Below, one piece after another: positions 18,503 through 28,476 of a DNA stretch of 64,000 nt. The DNA is from Vulcanimicrobiota bacterium (GTDB taxonomy: Bacteria > Vulcanimicrobiota > Vulcanimicrobiia > Vulcanimicrobiales > Vulcanimicrobiaceae), in assembly GCA_963786105.1 (NCBI GenBank), contig CAWAXX010000017.1:32001-96000 (forward strand), written 5' to 3'. Position numbers and translations under genes: made by a program. Numbering within the stretch: position 1 is the stretch's first letter; every line of letters begins with the position of its first letter. A model generated the notes under the pieces. The model worked only from the letters and a program-made list of their open reading frames with translations. It had not been told where the DNA came from and made no database searches.

Positions 18503-18955
18503 ATGTTTGGCGAACTGACATCGAGCGCAATCGAGGCTCTGCTCCACGAAGAGGTCGTAGCTAGAATCGCCTACGTCGATCGCCGAGGTTTGCCGTGCAT
18601 CGTCCCGATTACCTACGCCTACGACGGTCGCGCCCTCTACGGATATAGTTTGTTGGGAGCAAAGATCGAGAGCATGAGTGCCCATCCACGGGTGTGTGCC
18701 GAAGTCGATCGGGTCATTAATGCAGCGGATTGGTACTCGGTCGTCGTTCGCGGAACCTTTGAACAACTCCACGGCGATGCCGCCGTCGATGCCGTCGATC
18801 GGATTTCGAGTCGCCTCAGGAACATCGCAGCCGCCGCCCAAGCCCCAGCGATGGCGTGGCGAACGTTCGTCGGGCGCACGGGCGGACCGGGCATCGCCTA
18901 CCGCATTCAGATAACGGAGAAGCACGGCCGCTACTCAACATCCGAGACCGAGTGA
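18503..18955 (+). CDS. pyridoxamine 5'-phosphate oxidase-like FMN-binding protein
   Basis: ARIA...PCIVPITY, GAKI...PRVCAEVD, WYSVVVRG. Confidence 0.85.
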   Translation: MFGELTSSAIEALLHEEVVARIAYVDRRGLPCIVPITYAYDGRALYGYSLLGAKIESMSAHPRVCAEVDRVINAADWYSVVVRGTFEQLHGDAAVDAVDRISSRLRNIAAAAQAPAMAWRTFVGRTGGPGIAYRIQITEKHGRYSTSETE

Positions 18956-19104
18956 ATCGCGCTCGTGCGCCATGCGCTCCGCCGACGCCCACCCCGTGGG
19001 TGACGCCGTACCGCTTCGTGTCACCCACCGCCTCCGATACGCCGGTAAGCGCCTATTACGCCGGCAGCGCCTGCACCGACTGCGAGAACGTCACCGCCGG
19101 TGTC

Positions 19105-19716
19105 CTAGGAGCGAATTCGTACGATATTCAGCTGCGCATCGAATACGACGACCGCGTGGTCGGCCGGGTTTTCGAGTAGCATCACGCGGCGGTCGTGGGG
19201 CTTGAGCCCGCCAATGCTCCATTCGGCGACGCGCGCGTCGGGCAGTTTCGTCTTCGCGATCGCTTCGCGCTCCATTTGCGCGAGCCGCGCAAACGGAACG
19301 GCCTTCGGGTCGAAGACGAGCCGAGCGATTTGCGGCGGGGTAATAACGACGCCGGCAGGCGAGACGAGTTTTTCGGGTATCGGACCTAACATCGTGCCGT
19401 TGGTCTGAATTAAATATCGGACGAGATTGCCGTGGCGGGCAGGCGACCGCACGTCGACCGTCAGGCCCCCAGCTGCACTCGCGCTGATCAAGACAATCCG
19501 CAGCGGTAGCCCCGCGCTAGCCGCCACCGCGTCGAGCCCGCGCGTCACGGTTTGTCCGTCCGTGAGAAACGGATTGATCGCTCCGGTAACGGCGGGCATG
19601 CCCAGTTTGGGGTCGCCGGTCCCATATGAGACGCTCGCGGCGTTCTTCGATCCGGAGCAGGCGGTCAGCAACGCAATCGTTGCAGCGATCGTGGCGGTCG
19701 ATAAAAAGCGCATCAT
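19105..19716 (-). CDS. hypothetical lipoprotein
   Basis: LTAC lipobox. Confidence 0.65.
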   Translation of the reverse strand: MMRFLSTATIAATIALLTACSGSKNAASVSYGTGDPKLGMPAVTGAINPFLTDGQTVTRGLDAVAASAGLPLRIVLISASAAGGLTVDVRSPARHGNLVRYLIQTNGTMLGPIPEKLVSPAGVVITPPQIARLVFDPKAVPFARLAQMEREAIAKTKLPDARVAEWSIGGLKPHDRRVMLLENPADHAVVVFDAQLNIVRIRS

Positions 19717-19732
19717 GAACGCGCATTTTACT

Positions 19733-21328
19733 CTATCGATTGGGAAAACGCAACGTTTGCAGAATAGCCGGTACGAGCTTTGTCTGAAAGCTATTCCAGA
19801 CGGGATATTGATCGTAGTTTGCGGCCGCGATCATTATCGCCAGATCGAGGTCCGGGAAGACGTAGAGTAACTGCCCGCCGTTGCCGCCTGCGTTGATCGC
19901 TCGAACGGTACGGCCTTGATAGGCATAGTCGACCAGATGCCATCCGTAGCCGTAGTTCCCGCCGCCGTCTTCGATGTAGGAATGTTTCGTCGATACGAGC
20001 GTTAGCCACGCGGGGTCGATGACGGGGGTATCGTGCCAGCGCCCTCGTCTGAGAAAAAGTTCGCCGAATTTCAGAAAATCGCGCGGCCGAAAGAGATCGC
20101 CGCCGGCCATGTATGCATCGTCGACTGGAGGCGGTACCAACCACATACCATACGCGCCGAACTCCATCGGGCGCGCGAAGCGCTCGTAAAAATACTCGGG
20201 AAGCCAGCGTCCCGTTTCTTTGGCGACGATTGCCCCCAAGAGATTGATTTCGGCGCTGCAATAGAGGGCGCGCGTACCCGGTGTGAAGAGCATGGGTAAG
20301 TCGAGGGTGTAGCGATACCAGTCGGGCTGCACTTTCTGCGCCTGCATCCGGTCTTCGTTGCCGGGAGAAGCATCGTCGTTGTCGTCACATGCGTATCCAG
20401 CCGACATCGACATCAGATCGGCGACGGTAATGGCCTGCTTGCGAGCGTCGTCGTTCTCGAATGGCAGGTACGACGTGAGAATCGTCGCGATGCGGGTATC
20501 CGGCGAAAACGGTGCGCCGTCGGAAATGGCGCGTCCTACCAATAAGGTCGTGACGCTCTTGCCGGCAGAGCGAACGTCGTGCGGGCGATCGGCAGCGTAA
20601 CCGTTAAAGTATTCGTCGAGTACCAGCTTTCCGTGACGCTCGATCAGCACGCCTTGAATGTAGGGAGCCTTCAGAGCGGGCACCGTGGCGGCGATATCGT
20701 CGACGATCCGCGCGATCGCCGGTTCGTCGAATCCAGTTTCCGCCAGCGACCCAACTCGCCAGCCGTCGCCGCCGGCCGCCGGCATTCGGTACGCGTACGG
20801 CGTCGCAACGGGCGCCGGCGATTCGCGTGTGAAGACGAACGTGCCGGGCAAAATCGGATCCCGGAGCGTTAGGGAATTGCGATCGTACGGTGACCACGAC
20901 CCGATGATGTCGCGGGCACCCGTTCGTTTCAGACGAAGAGTGCTACCGCGTAGGCTGACCGAGCGCAAACCGATGAACGCTCCGACGTTTTGTTCGGGGT
21001 TGCGCATGAACGCCGTCAGCCCGCCGCCCGACGCCGGTTGAATAAACAGGCACAGGTGTTGCACGTCCGGGAGGGGGTCGATCGTGCCTTCCCACGCCTC
21101 GGGAAGCGACGCCATCGCGTCCACCGGGATGGCAATGGGCGAAGGGTTGTCGGCGTTGCCGGGCTGGATCCATTGCACTGCAGGGCGACCCCCCGGGCGC
21201 ACTCTGAGCCGGCTCCGGTTAACCACCGCCGGGCCGGCAGTGTACTCGCGTTGCGCGCCCCATATTCCGATCAAAGAGCCTGGACCGGATTGAGGCGCGG
21301 AGACGGCGAGCAGCGGGCCGAAAAGCAT
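19733..21328 (-). CDS. serine hydrolase, beta-lactamase/class C-like family
   Basis: RSAGKS (SxxK), YCS, AGGNGGQ. Confidence 0.85.
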   Translation of the reverse strand: MLFGPLLAVSAPQSGPGSLIGIWGAQREYTAGPAVVNRSRLRVRPGGRPAVQWIQPGNADNPSPIAIPVDAMASLPEAWEGTIDPLPDVQHLCLFIQPASGGGLTAFMRNPEQNVGAFIGLRSVSLRGSTLRLKRTGARDIIGSWSPYDRNSLTLRDPILPGTFVFTRESPAPVATPYAYRMPAAGGDGWRVGSLAETGFDEPAIARIVDDIAATVPALKAPYIQGVLIERHGKLVLDEYFNGYAADRPHDVRSAGKSVTTLLVGRAISDGAPFSPDTRIATILTSYLPFENDDARKQAITVADLMSMSAGYACDDNDDASPGNEDRMQAQKVQPDWYRYTLDLPMLFTPGTRALYCSAEINLLGAIVAKETGRWLPEYFYERFARPMEFGAYGMWLVPPPVDDAYMAGGDLFRPRDFLKFGELFLRRGRWHDTPVIDPAWLTLVSTKHSYIEDGGGNYGYGWHLVDYAYQGRTVRAINAGGNGGQLLYVFPDLDLAIMIAAANYDQYPVWNSFQTKLVPAILQTLRFPNR

Positions 21329-21380
21329 ACGTCGATCGTGACGGACTGCCGTCGTAAGGTCCTCAAGAAAGGATCAATTC

Positions 21381-22706
21381 GTGTACCGCTTTGCGAACTT
21401 CACCCTCGACCCCGATCGATCGGTCCTGGCTGCCGGCGGAGTTCCGATTCCGCTCGCGCGCAAAGCCGTCGACACGTTGAGCGCGCTGGTTGAAAACGCC
21501 GGCAACGTCACGAGCAAGACCGAGCTGATGGATCGCTTGTGGCCCGAGGGTTTCGTTGAAGAGTCCAACCTGACGCAGTACGTGTACTTGCTGCGCCGGA
21601 CGTTTCTGGCGTATGGCATTCGCGAGGCGATTGCGACCGTTCCCCGACGCGGCTATCGTTTTACGCTGCCGCTGCGCACGGCAGGCGAACGCGCGCCGGA
21701 GCGAGTCCGGCCAAAGTGGTGGCGCGCCATCGCAGCGGGACCGCTGCTCGTGCTCGGATTCGCGCTGCTCGGGCCCTCGGGGAACGGGGGCGCCCAATCG
21801 CTCGGGCCTGACGACCGGCAGTCGTACCTCGTCGGGCGTTACTACTGGACGCTGCGCACGGTTCCCGCGTTATTCCGAAGCATCGAATACTTTCAACGCG
21901 TTGCGCGCGATGCGCCGGCCAATGCGCTGGCTTTCTCCGGATTGGCCGATGCGTACGTCGGCCTGTACGATTACGCGTGCAACGACCGACGCTCGTGCGC
22001 TCGATACGCAGCGCTCGCGCAGCGTTACGCGCGCCGCGGCGTATCGATCGACCCAGACTCGGCGGCGGCGCGTACGTCGTTTGCGATGGTGCTCCACGTC
22101 TTCGCTCGGGACGACGGGCGTGCGGACGAAGAGTTTCAGCGCGCCGTCGCGCTCGACTCCAGCTACGCGTTGGCGCACGAGTGGTACGGAAACTCCCTGC
22201 TCGTTCGAGGACGCTTGCAACCTGCGTTGCGCGAGCTCAAGATCGCAGCGGCGTTGGATCCTATCGCCCCGGCCACGTACGGGTGGCTCGCGCGCACCGA
22301 ATACTACGCGCATCGTTACCCGGCGGCGATCGCCTACGCGCACGAAGCGCTGGCCATCGATCCAACGCGCTCCGAGACGCGACTGGTCCTCGGCCTAGCC
22401 TACGACCGGGCGGGTGACCGGCGCAACGCGATCGACACACTCGGAGGGATGGCGAACGCGCCGGCATTGATTGCCGGCGTCGAGGCGCATTTCGGCCACT
22501 CGGAGCGCGCGCGCGTGCTCATCGCTCGCGGAGCGAACGACGATCTCGACGTGGCGCTCGACCTCGTCGCGCTTCGGCGGTTCGACGACGCACTGCGCCG
22601 CTTGAAACGCGTGCGACACCTCGACCCGATGTCGCGCGCATTTTTGGCTCTGGATCCGCGCTTGGATTCCGTCCGTTCGGACCACCGCTTCAAAGAATGG
22701 ACCTGA
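21381..22706 (+). CDS. OmpR/CadC-type winged-helix regulator with TM segment and TPR repeats
   Basis: WPEGFVEESNLTQYVYLLRR...IATVPRRGYRF; TPR-like helices. Confidence 0.85.
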   Translation: MYRFANFTLDPDRSVLAAGGVPIPLARKAVDTLSALVENAGNVTSKTELMDRLWPEGFVEESNLTQYVYLLRRTFLAYGIREAIATVPRRGYRFTLPLRTAGERAPERVRPKWWRAIAAGPLLVLGFALLGPSGNGGAQSLGPDDRQSYLVGRYYWTLRTVPALFRSIEYFQRVARDAPANALAFSGLADAYVGLYDYACNDRRSCARYAALAQRYARRGVSIDPDSAAARTSFAMVLHVFARDDGRADEEFQRAVALDSSYALAHEWYGNSLLVRGRLQPALRELKIAAALDPIAPATYGWLARTEYYAHRYPAAIAYAHEALAIDPTRSETRLVLGLAYDRAGDRRNAIDTLGGMANAPALIAGVEAHFGHSERARVLIARGANDDLDVALDLVALRRFDDALRRLKRVRHLDPMSRAFLALDPRLDSVRSDHRFKEWT

Positions 22707-22745
22707 CACGAAGAGCGCGAAAGCGGCGGCCCCTGGAGGTAGACA

Positions 22746-23030
22746 ATGGCCCTGCGTAAATTCATCATCGAACGCGATATCCCCGGCGTCGGAACCCTGG
22801 AACGCGAGCAGCTTCGCGAAGCCGCCGGGAAGTCGAACGCCGCTCTCAATCAACTCGCTCCCGACATTCAGTGGGTCGAAAGCTACGTCACCGGCGATAA
22901 GACGTTCTGCGTATATCTCGCCAAAGACGAAAGCTTGATTCACAAGCATGCCGAGATATCCGGCTTTCCCGCAACGAAGATTACCGAAGTCCGCAAAATG
23001 ATCGATCCGACGACCGAAGCGCCCGCATAG
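22746..23030 (+). CDS. DUF4242 domain protein
   Basis: FIIERDIPG, IQWVESYV, KTFCVYLA, HAEISGFPA; GGAGG SD. Confidence 0.8.
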   Translation: MALRKFIIERDIPGVGTLEREQLREAAGKSNAALNQLAPDIQWVESYVTGDKTFCVYLAKDESLIHKHAEISGFPATKITEVRKMIDPTTEAPA

Positions 23031-23086
23031 TTTCCCGAAAACGAAAATGCCATACGCATGGCACAATTCGATCCTACAATCCGTGC

Positions 23087-23584
23087 ATGGAACAACCACG
23101 TCTAAAACGCGACACCAAACGGATTGGCGATCGGTCCGAGATTGAAGCTCTCGCCGCGTTAACACGAGCGGGATATCACGTGTCCGTCCCTTTCGGAGAG
23201 AGCCGGCGATACGATCTCATCGCCGACAAGGACGGAACGTTACTGCGCGTGCAAGTTAAAACGGGACGTTTGCGAAACGGGGCTATTCAGTTCAACTGCT
23301 ACAGCACTCATTCACATCGGCATGGCTCCTCATGTCGGACGTATGCCGGTCAAATCGAAGCGTTCGCCGTTTACTGCCCCGACGTCGAGGCGGTCTTCTT
23401 GGTCCCCGCGCAGGCCGTCACTACGTGCGGATTCTTGCGCTGGGCGCCGGCTAAGAATGGCCAGAACCGTAAAGTCCGCTTGGCGAGGCGGTATCTGCTG
23501 CCCGGGAGCTCCACCCACGAGGTAGGGGGCCAGCCAGCAGATGGAGTATCCGAAGCTGGCGCGTCCCCTGGATTGCCGTTGTAG
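23087..23584 (+). CDS. group I intron-associated-type PD-(D/E)XK endonuclease (I-Ssp6803I-like), free-standing
   Basis: TKRIGDRSE, PFGESRRYDLI...RVQVKTG, Y...IEAFAVYCP; stop TAG inside the tRNA. Confidence 0.85.
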   Translation: MEQPRLKRDTKRIGDRSEIEALAALTRAGYHVSVPFGESRRYDLIADKDGTLLRVQVKTGRLRNGAIQFNCYSTHSHRHGSSCRTYAGQIEAFAVYCPDVEAVFLVPAQAVTTCGFLRWAPAKNGQNRKVRLARRYLLPGSSTHEVGGQPADGVSEAGASPGLPL

Positions 23585-23649
23585 CTTAGTGGTAAAGCAC
23601 GTCATTGGTAATGACGAGAGCGCGGGTTCAATCCCCGCCAACGGCTCCA
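23575..23649 (+). tRNA. tRNA-Thr(GGU)
   Basis: GCCGTTG/CAACGGC acceptor, CGTCA TTGGTAA TGACG, GCGGG TTCAATC CCCGC, U73, CCA. Confidence 0.97.
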
Positions 23650-23720
23650 CTTTACCCTCGTCGTTTCGCCAGCCGGCAGCCTTTTGGGTGACGGATGGGT
23701 GACGGAACGGCTAAACGTAT

Positions 23721-24974
23721 ATGAACGATACCTGTCGCCTTTGTGGTAAGAGCGCTGACCTTCGTAACAGCTACCTCATACCTAATTTTGTTTTGAAGCG
23801 CTTCTATCGCACGTCGCCGACCGGCGGCGCACGCACTGTTGGCGAGCCAAACCGGCGAGTGCAAGGAACCTACGATGAAAGGCCGCTGCTTTGCTCGGAT
23901 TGCGAGGTCTCGTTTGGCCGTCGCGAGACGATCTGGGCTCCGATGGATCGGCGTCTTTCGGGGACTTTGCCCTGGGCGTTAGAGTGCTTAGAGGAGCACC
24001 GATATTTCGCCGCGTCAATTGTGTGGCGCACGCTCAAATGGCGCTGCGATGCGGCGGACCCAGGTTGGCATTCGTTTACAGATGATGACAAGGAGGCGAT
24101 TCGCAACGCCGAGGAGAGTCTTCGAGCGTACCTGCTCGGCGAGCGAGCCTGGGCTGACGACTGTCCATGGCTCCATCTCATTGTTCCGCCTCACGGATTC
24201 ACTGATGGTCCGAAAAACGTAAATACGTATCTAAGGGCTGGCCTGGACACCACCGTCAACGGTCACGATGACGGCCTTTACTGTGTCGTGGTGCTCGCTG
24301 GGTACCTCGTGGCGGCCGTTTTGCGCGTAAACGGAGATCACCTCATTACGTGGACGTTAGGAACCGAGCTACGGCCCGGCAACACTGTCCACGCAAATCC
24401 GTATGCGTTTCCGCAAGACCCAAACTTTCGGGAAGTTTTGGCTTGGCGTGCGGCCGAAATCAAAAGGGGTATCCTAAGCAGCACTCAGCAACAAAATGTC
24501 AACCGAAGGCTCGAGGCCGCGATTGATCCCGCAAAAGCAGCGAGCGCGTTAGCCACACTGATAGCTACACTTCCAAGGAGTTTCAGCGAGTGCGCGAAGC
24601 GTTGCTTGCGTGCAACGACGCTGATCGTGCGTATCTCCGTCGGTGGATGCTGCGCTGGATCGATAACTACGGGCACGTCCGTCCCGAAGCGGAGAAGTTG
24701 CCCGAGAAAGGCTGCTAGTGCGAACGGAAGTGGAAAACTGCTGCGAGAGGTGAGTAGCGTGCACGACGTTCGGGGTGCGCCGACGACTACGGAATGCGCG
24801 GCTGCATCGCGGGCGATTGGTACGTCCCGTGTGAGAATCCGAAGTGTGCGGGGTTTTGCGAACCTGATGGCTGTAAATGCCACGGCGCAACGACATTACC
24901 CGCGTAGGAGCGCACCAACGCCGATCAGCGCCGCAATCGCGGCTCGACGCCTTCTTGGTGAAAGCCATAGCTAA
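23721..24974 (+). pseudogene. HNH-like zinc-finger protein; C-terminal part probably read-through into unrelated remnants
   Basis: CRLC...LRNSYLIP...LLCSDCE; sequence after about 24530 looks non-coding in this frame. Confidence 0.55.
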
Positions 24975-25258
24975 CGCCACAGGTTTATCGCTTGCGGCCT
25001 GCCCGCGCATCCTGTGGGACTGGCGTTCCGCATCTACGGCATTTGGGATACGGCCTGCTGGTCGGCACCCGCGACAGCTTGATGGCAGGTTGAGCAAGGG
25101 CTTGCTTTCCAGGCCGATTGGGAGCATGATTCAGGAAGGCCGCGGTCCGCCAGCGCCGCCAGTTTTGCGCGCGGCGCGCCTCTCCGTTGCACGCCGTGGT
25201 CGCCGTCTTTCGATGACACGTTAGCGGCTGTCATCCAGAGAGAAAGAGCGGAATCATT

Positions 25259-26368
25259 ATGCGTATTCAACTGCCGCGTTTAGCGTCTAACGCGGTCGCG
25301 TTTTTCTTTGCCAGCGCCCTCCTCGTCGGCTGTAGCGCCACGAATGTCACGCCGTCGCAAATGCCGCAGCAGCTCATGCCTGCGGGCGCCGCGCGGAGCT
25401 TGTCGGGAAAATCATGCCGCATTGCCGCCTGCATCTACGTCGCGAACGGTGACGACCGCGTGACCGTGTATGCCGCCCAGGCCAACGGCAACGTCAAACC
25501 GACCCGAACGATCAGCGGTTCGAATACTGACCTGGTTTCCCCCGCTGGCATTGCAGTGGACGCCGGTAAGAATATGTACGTCACGAACTTCCTGAACCCA
25601 GGCGAGTACTTCGTAACTGTCTACGCCGCCGGGGCGCGCGGTAACGCCGCGCCGATCCGGACGATCCGCGGCTCGAACACAGGGCTGTATGGTCCCACCG
25701 GCATCGCGCTCGACTCCACCGGCGCGACCTACGTCGTGAACGCACTCGTTGCTCATTGGGCTGTGAACGTCTACGCCGCCGGCGCGAACGGCAACGTTGC
25801 GCCGATTCGGACCATCAGCGGCGGGAGCACGGGCTTAGTCTGGTCGAGTGGCGTTGCCTTAGATACGAACGCGGAGGTTTACGTTACGAGTGACTATGGT
25901 TGCGACCGCGGCCGTTGTTCAGGCACCGACCAAGTGACAGTGTACGCAGCGGGCGCTGACGGCAACGTTGCACCGATTCGGACGATCAGCGGCTCCGCAA
26001 CCAAATTGATGAGTCCGTCCGGCATTGCACTGGACGCCAACAACAACATTTACGTGGTCAGCGGGACGTTTACCGACAGGGGGGGTACCCTCGACAGCAT
26101 CAACGTATATGCTGCCGGCGCAAACGGCAACGTTGCGCCCATCCGCACCATCACTGGCCCGAACACCCGCCTGAAAAATCCAGATGGCGTCGCGGTGGGG
26201 GCCGATGGCACGACTTACGTCGCGAACTTTGGTACGGTCGAGCACGGATCCGAGGAGAATCCGAAAATAACCGTGTATGCCGCTGGAGCAAACGGTAACG
26301 TCGCACCGATTCGGACCATTCACGGCACTGCGACCATGTTGGGCGGACCGAAAATTGCCGTCCACTAG
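25259..26368 (+). CDS. NHL-like six-repeat beta-propeller lipoprotein
   Basis: LVGC lipobox; six copies of (V/I)xVYAAGAxGNVAPIRTIxG with PxGIAxD. Confidence 0.85.
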   Translation: MRIQLPRLASNAVAFFFASALLVGCSATNVTPSQMPQQLMPAGAARSLSGKSCRIAACIYVANGDDRVTVYAAQANGNVKPTRTISGSNTDLVSPAGIAVDAGKNMYVTNFLNPGEYFVTVYAAGARGNAAPIRTIRGSNTGLYGPTGIALDSTGATYVVNALVAHWAVNVYAAGANGNVAPIRTISGGSTGLVWSSGVALDTNAEVYVTSDYGCDRGRCSGTDQVTVYAAGADGNVAPIRTISGSATKLMSPSGIALDANNNIYVVSGTFTDRGGTLDSINVYAAGANGNVAPIRTITGPNTRLKNPDGVAVGADGTTYVANFGTVEHGSEENPKITVYAAGANGNVAPIRTIHGTATMLGGPKIAVH

Positions 26369-26456
26369 CCTCAAATCGCAAACTGGGATCACCTCCGGTC
26401 AGAAGTAACGCCGTGCTGCGACAAGCGCGCAGCTAGCGAGAAAGATTTGGTAACAT

Positions 26457-27011
26457 ATGCATATTCCTATGTCGCGTTTTGCACCTAACGCGGTCGCGCT
26501 TTTTGTTGCGAGTGTTTTTTTCGCTAGTTGTAGCAGCGCCACGAATGTCACTCCGTGGCAAGGCGCTGGGTTAGGGCCAAACTCGAACTGGGCAGCCCCC
26601 GGCGTCGCTCACAGAGTTACGGAGCCAAACATCATCACGGATAGAGAGAAACTCCTTTCAACCAGTGGAAGCGGTGGCGGGGGAGGCTGTGGTGCGGGTG
26701 TCACTGTAAGCGGTAAGGCGCGGGGACCGTATCACGGAACATTCACAGGAGGTGCGCAGTTTGGTACCTGCGGATTCTCCCCTTTCTTCGGGTCGTTCGT
26801 GATAACTTCAGGCGCGAATACAATCACGGGCTCGTTTTCCGGGATGGGACAAGGCTCGTGTGGCAGGGGCGGCTGCGGTAACGGCGGCAAAATGACCTAC
26901 ACTGCGACGCTCGAACCCGGTGGCAAGACCTTCTCAGGCAAAGGGCACGCAGGGATGAGCGTTTTCGGCACTGGTGGTAGGATGGACCTATACCTACAGC
27001 GCTTCATGTAA
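26457..27011 (+). CDS. Gly-rich hypothetical lipoprotein
   Basis: FASC lipobox; leader homologous to that of 25259. Confidence 0.7.
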   Translation: MHIPMSRFAPNAVALFVASVFFASCSSATNVTPWQGAGLGPNSNWAAPGVAHRVTEPNIITDREKLLSTSGSGGGGGCGAGVTVSGKARGPYHGTFTGGAQFGTCGFSPFFGSFVITSGANTITGSFSGMGQGSCGRGGCGNGGKMTYTATLEPGGKTFSGKGHAGMSVFGTGGRMDLYLQRFM

Positions 27012-27092
27012 AATCCCGAAAGCTACGCGCCGTTCGCAGAAGCATCTTTTCACCTCGTAATTCGGCTGGACGCGCTATCGTGACGTGATGAG

Positions 27093-27545
27093 CTAATCGA
27101 TCATCGACGCGAGTGCGGCGTCGTCGAAGGCTTGCGCCGGACGAACGTAGCCTATGAGGACGGCGAGGCTCTTGTGACGGGTCGTGCGCGCAATTGAATC
27201 AAGCGACACCTTCGCCTTTGCCACGCTCGTAACGAAACCGGCGCGTAACGAATGCGCGGAAAAGTTCCCTTCAACGTGCGCCTCGCGAGCAAGGGTTTTC
27301 ACCAGCCTCGCGACGTCCTGGCCGGTGATGCTCCGCTCGGTAATCGTGTGACCGAGTGAGAACGAGCGAAAAAGCGCGCCGTCGGCGACTGCAGCGACGT
27401 CGATACATTCCCGAACGGTGTGAGCCGCGCAAAGAGCGCGATCAGCAACGAAGGGGATGGCAATCTCGACGCCCAGGCCGGTTTGGTCGGTCTTGGATCG
27501 GCGGATGGTGAGGCTCAGACCTTCACGGACAGATCGCAAATCAAG
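27093..27545 (-). pseudogene. tyrosine recombinase/integrase, C-terminal remnant (Cre-like)
   Basis: IRRSKTDQ, FSAHSLRAGFVT, RTTRHKS...Y; N-terminal half missing. Confidence 0.8.
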
Positions 27546-27784
27546 CCGGAGGCTGGGTGACGTTTGGGTGACGAGTAACTGGAAAAACTGAAGAAACCGA
27601 GTGCGTAGTATGTTCAAGATGGCCTGATTTGTGCTTGCCGGTTGCCTCAGTTTCCCCCGGTTTCCAATAGGACAAAGGTTCAATCCCCGCCAACGGCTCC
27701 ATCTTTCCCTCGTCGTTTCGCCCGCGGCAGCCTTTTGGGTGACGGATCAAGCTTGATAGCAGCGCGACCGACTGCCGCCGGGCC

Positions 27785-27975
27785 TTAGACGGTCACAGTA
27801 ACGCCGCCGTCGGCCAGCATCCCTTGCGCACGCATGACCAGCTCGAGCGACGCGCGTGTCTCGCGCACCGCCGCCAACGCATACGGTCATCACCAGCGCC
27901 CGCAGCACGGCTCAGAATCGTCTGCGCGTCGTCGAACAAGTGCTCAGCACGAGGGAGTAGCTCGTCGGATCTGCA
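27785..27975 (-). pseudogene. frameshifted remnant of a phage/island-type small protein
   Basis: LLPRAEHLFDDAQTILSRAAGAGDDR / ALAAVRETRASLELVMRAQGMLADGGVTVTV* in two frames. Confidence 0.35.
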
Positions 27976-28476
27976 CCTTCAGAATCGAACCGCCCCGAAC
28001 CAGCAGCGTCTGTCGGCGAGTTTTCGGGCGACTCGCTCAGAGCTCACGTGCGTCAAGCGCCTTGATCGTCGTAGTTCGCCGGGAAAACCGAACATCGAGG
28101 CCGCCTTTCTCGCGTCTGACGGGCCCGCTTACTTGACACAGCGACAAAGTGCGAGCATGTTTACTCTCTATTTTGATCCGTGCAAGACCCTTAGACGGGG
28201 GACTCCAACCACCTTGCAAATAAGCGTAAAGCCTTTATTCGTGATGGAACCGCCTTATGTCGTTCGCATGGTCGCGACAGGTTACTTCGGGTGTATCCGT
28301 CGCTTGTTGCGTGCGCTAATCGAAAAGCGACCAAGTCCTACTTGAAGGAAGTTTACCGATGATCACGGTAGCGCAGCAGAGGGGTAACGGTACCACAGCT
28401 GCTCGCCGTATAGTCACTTGCACGGATGACTACGTCGCCTGTATATATATACGCGCTATCTGAAATGGAGTCAGCA

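Larger units (their letters stand above)
23625..27747. mobile_element. decayed integrative element/genomic islet at tRNA-Thr(GGU)
   Basis: 25-bp exact repeat GGTTCAATCCCCGCCAACGGCTCCA at 23625-23649 and 27677-27701 (imperfect match extends to 23696/27747); integrase remnant inside. Confidence 0.85.

Noticed and set aside
23031..23649. Group I intron around the PD-(D/E)XK gene
   Set aside because: The tRNA is uninterrupted and only 56 nt separate the ORF from the upstream gene, too little for a ribozyme core.
27677..27701. Second tRNA-Thr gene
   Set aside because: Only the T-loop to CCA portion is present; it is an att core repeat.
27824..28345. 173-aa plus-strand ORF
   Set aside because: No motifs and Arg/Ser-rich; overlaps a more protein-like minus-strand remnant.
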